From an uncultured Gemmatimonadaceae bacterium (GTDB taxonomy: Bacteria > Gemmatimonadota > Gemmatimonadetes > Gemmatimonadales > Gemmatimonadaceae): a DNA stretch of 64,000 bases. The position numbers were made by a program, and so were the translations under genes. Of this stretch, positions 62,138 through 64,000 are shown piece by piece. Within the stretch, counting starts at the first letter, position 1. Each line of letters begins with the position of its first letter. The DNA lies in contig CAVUDW010000003.1 of NCBI GenBank assembly GCA_963740355.1, forward strand, positions 1,696,001 through 1,760,000. The letters run 5' to 3'. Under the pieces are notes generated by a model that worked only from the letters and a program-made list of their open reading frames with translations, was not told the DNA's origin and ran no database searches.

Positions 62138-64000
62138 CTACCTCCGTCCCGCCCGCCGAATCGCCTGCGCTTCCGGACTCTTCGGCAACGAATCCCCCCA
62201 GAAGCCTTCACCGCTTCGACTCGGATCCGTATCGAGCAGCCCGCGGTAGGCACGATCAGCGTCGCGCACGGCGGCCCGCCGCTGTATGGCAGTCACGCCG
62301 GGTCGAGCGAAGTACGAGGCGTACGCCGTGAGTGCCATCAGGCGCTCCGAACCACCGCGCAGGTAGTCGTACATCCGCCGACGCTCTTCGCTGCGCGACC
62401 ACGGCAAGTCCCACGGTTCCGCCTCATGCTCCGGTGCCAGCGCATAGTCGCGGTACATCATGCCCCGGTAGAAGTAGCGCGTCGCCTCGTAAAACAGCTG
62501 GCCATTGTATGAGCCGAGCGCTTGCGCAAAGCGCTGAAGCCCGGCGTTCGACACCGTGTCACGCGATAGCGTGGAAATCCTGGTGTAGCGCGTGGCACGG
62601 GCCGCATCGATCGGACGCACGATGGCCGCTGCCTCATCCCACTTGCCCGATCGCGCCGCGCGATTCGCCAGTACCAGTCGAGCCTCGCGCACAACTGCCG
62701 CATCGCGCGATGACAGCAGCGTGCCCGCAACACTGTCAGGCGCCAGCACGCGCAACATGTAACGCTTCGTCCACGGATCGACGTTCGGCACCTGCAATGC
62801 CATTCCCCACTCGCCGCGCAGCATGTGGATCCGTGCCGCGAGCATCGCCGCGTCGACATACAGCAGCGAGTCACGCTGCTGGGTGATCGGCTTCGCGGTG
62901 AACTTCGCCGCGTCGTCCAGTCGATTGGCCCGCAGCATGTTCACGGCCCACATGTAACGCCAGAACGGTGGCGCCGATTCGCGCCAGGCGGGGAACCCTG
63001 GTGGCAGGGTGCGCGTGGCGACCGAATCGCTGGCGAGCGACGCCATCAGGCGCTCCTCGAGCGCCTCGGCCCAGGGCGCAGTCCGGTTCGCGGTCGCCAG
63101 CGCCATCAATGCCGGCCATGCGTCCGCCGATGGACGCAGGTTGCCGACCAGCGCGGCTCGAAGTTCGTTCGGCACAGTCGCGTCGGTCAGCATTCGCTCC
63201 GGCGCAGCAAAGCCCACCAGGAGCAGGTAGCGCATTTCCGCGCCTGCACGTGCCGGGAACTCCTTGTAGAGCGCGATCGCCGTGCTCCACGCACTGTCAC
63301 GTTGTGACGACAGGAAAAAGAGCCGCAGGCGCGCAAACTTCACCAGGCCGGCGTATGGATGCGCCGGATACTTCGCGAGCCAGGCGCGATGGGCCAGGTG
63401 CAGGCTGTCCCACAACGCCGCCGGTACCTGCTTGGTGATCTCTTCGCGTGTATCGTCCGGAATGCGGTTGCGAATGGCCAGGCGCAGCGCAGCGTACTCC
63501 AGCGACGCGCGGCGAAGCGAGTTCGGCTCGCGCGCCAGCACTGCCGGCATCGAATCCACCGGCACGGCGCGCAACGGCGCCGCCAATTTCGCAAAAGCCA
63601 CCTTGCGCGTCGCAACAGGTTCTGATGCAACCGCCGGCGCCAGTTCGATCGTCTCCACTGCAAGCCGCAACGCAGCGTCCCTCGCCGAGTCTTCCGCCGC
63701 GGGCAGCGCCATCACGCGATCGACGACCTGCTGCGCCGCTTTCGCCGCAGCGACTGCATCGCTCGCGCGCCCACGCTGCATCGATTGCGTCCGTGGTCGG
63801 CTCGGCAATGCGCGGTTTCGTCAGCGTATCCCACCAGAACGGCTGCAGCGGGGACCGACCGAGCAGTGGCGCAAAACGTACCGAGTCGGCGCGCAGCAGG
63901 CCGGGCAGGAAGCGCACCTCGGCGCGCGTGTACGATTCAAAATCGAGCACCGGGCTGATCGCACGTTCCGCGAAGGTCGCCGCACTGAACAGCGGTCCGT
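62138..64000 (-). CDS. Large helical hypothetical protein, 5'-partial (probable frameshift near 63770)
   Basis: ORF 62138..63808 plus the frame of 63297..63950, which stays open to the window end. Confidence 0.65.

Overview
GC-rich bacterial window, probably Gemmatimonadota (inferred from gene repertoire, not from a marker gene). Left to right: (1) a group 2a-like [NiFe]-hydrogenase cluster (large subunit, maturation protease, small hypotheticals, TPR, NifU-Rieske, NHL, hypCDE); (2) a subclass B3 metallo-beta-lactamase, a TPR protein and a duplicated ABC permease; (3) an unannotated gene pair (13446-16123) whose products carry both PmoC-type copper-site motifs at exact spacing plus a PmoA-like tail, and a PmoB-like architecture with an N-terminal His. 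This candidate divergent copper membrane monooxygenase-like system is the top finding; (4) an M1 peptidase; (5) a ~12 kb Rhs polymorphic-toxin island with one full Rhs, orphan toxin/immunity cassettes, an IS110 element, a duplicated upstream region and gene relics, ending in DUF2442 and vapBC; (6) an imuB-dnaE2 mutagenesis cassette split by a nested repeat array and a photoactive yellow protein gene, with a palindromic element inserted in frame in dnaE2; (7) mostly metabolic/housekeeping genes (ATP-grasp, bciA-like, amidase, Uma2, FAD oxidoreductase, BNR glycosyl hydrolase, DUF779-aldB, SGNH, ispH, GH3, CGNR, ECF sigma, TetR, helicase). Single-base frameshifts in five otherwise intact genes suggest long-read consensus errors. 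No rRNA, tRNA or CRISPR array was seen. All family calls come from motif recognition by eye; no searches were run.
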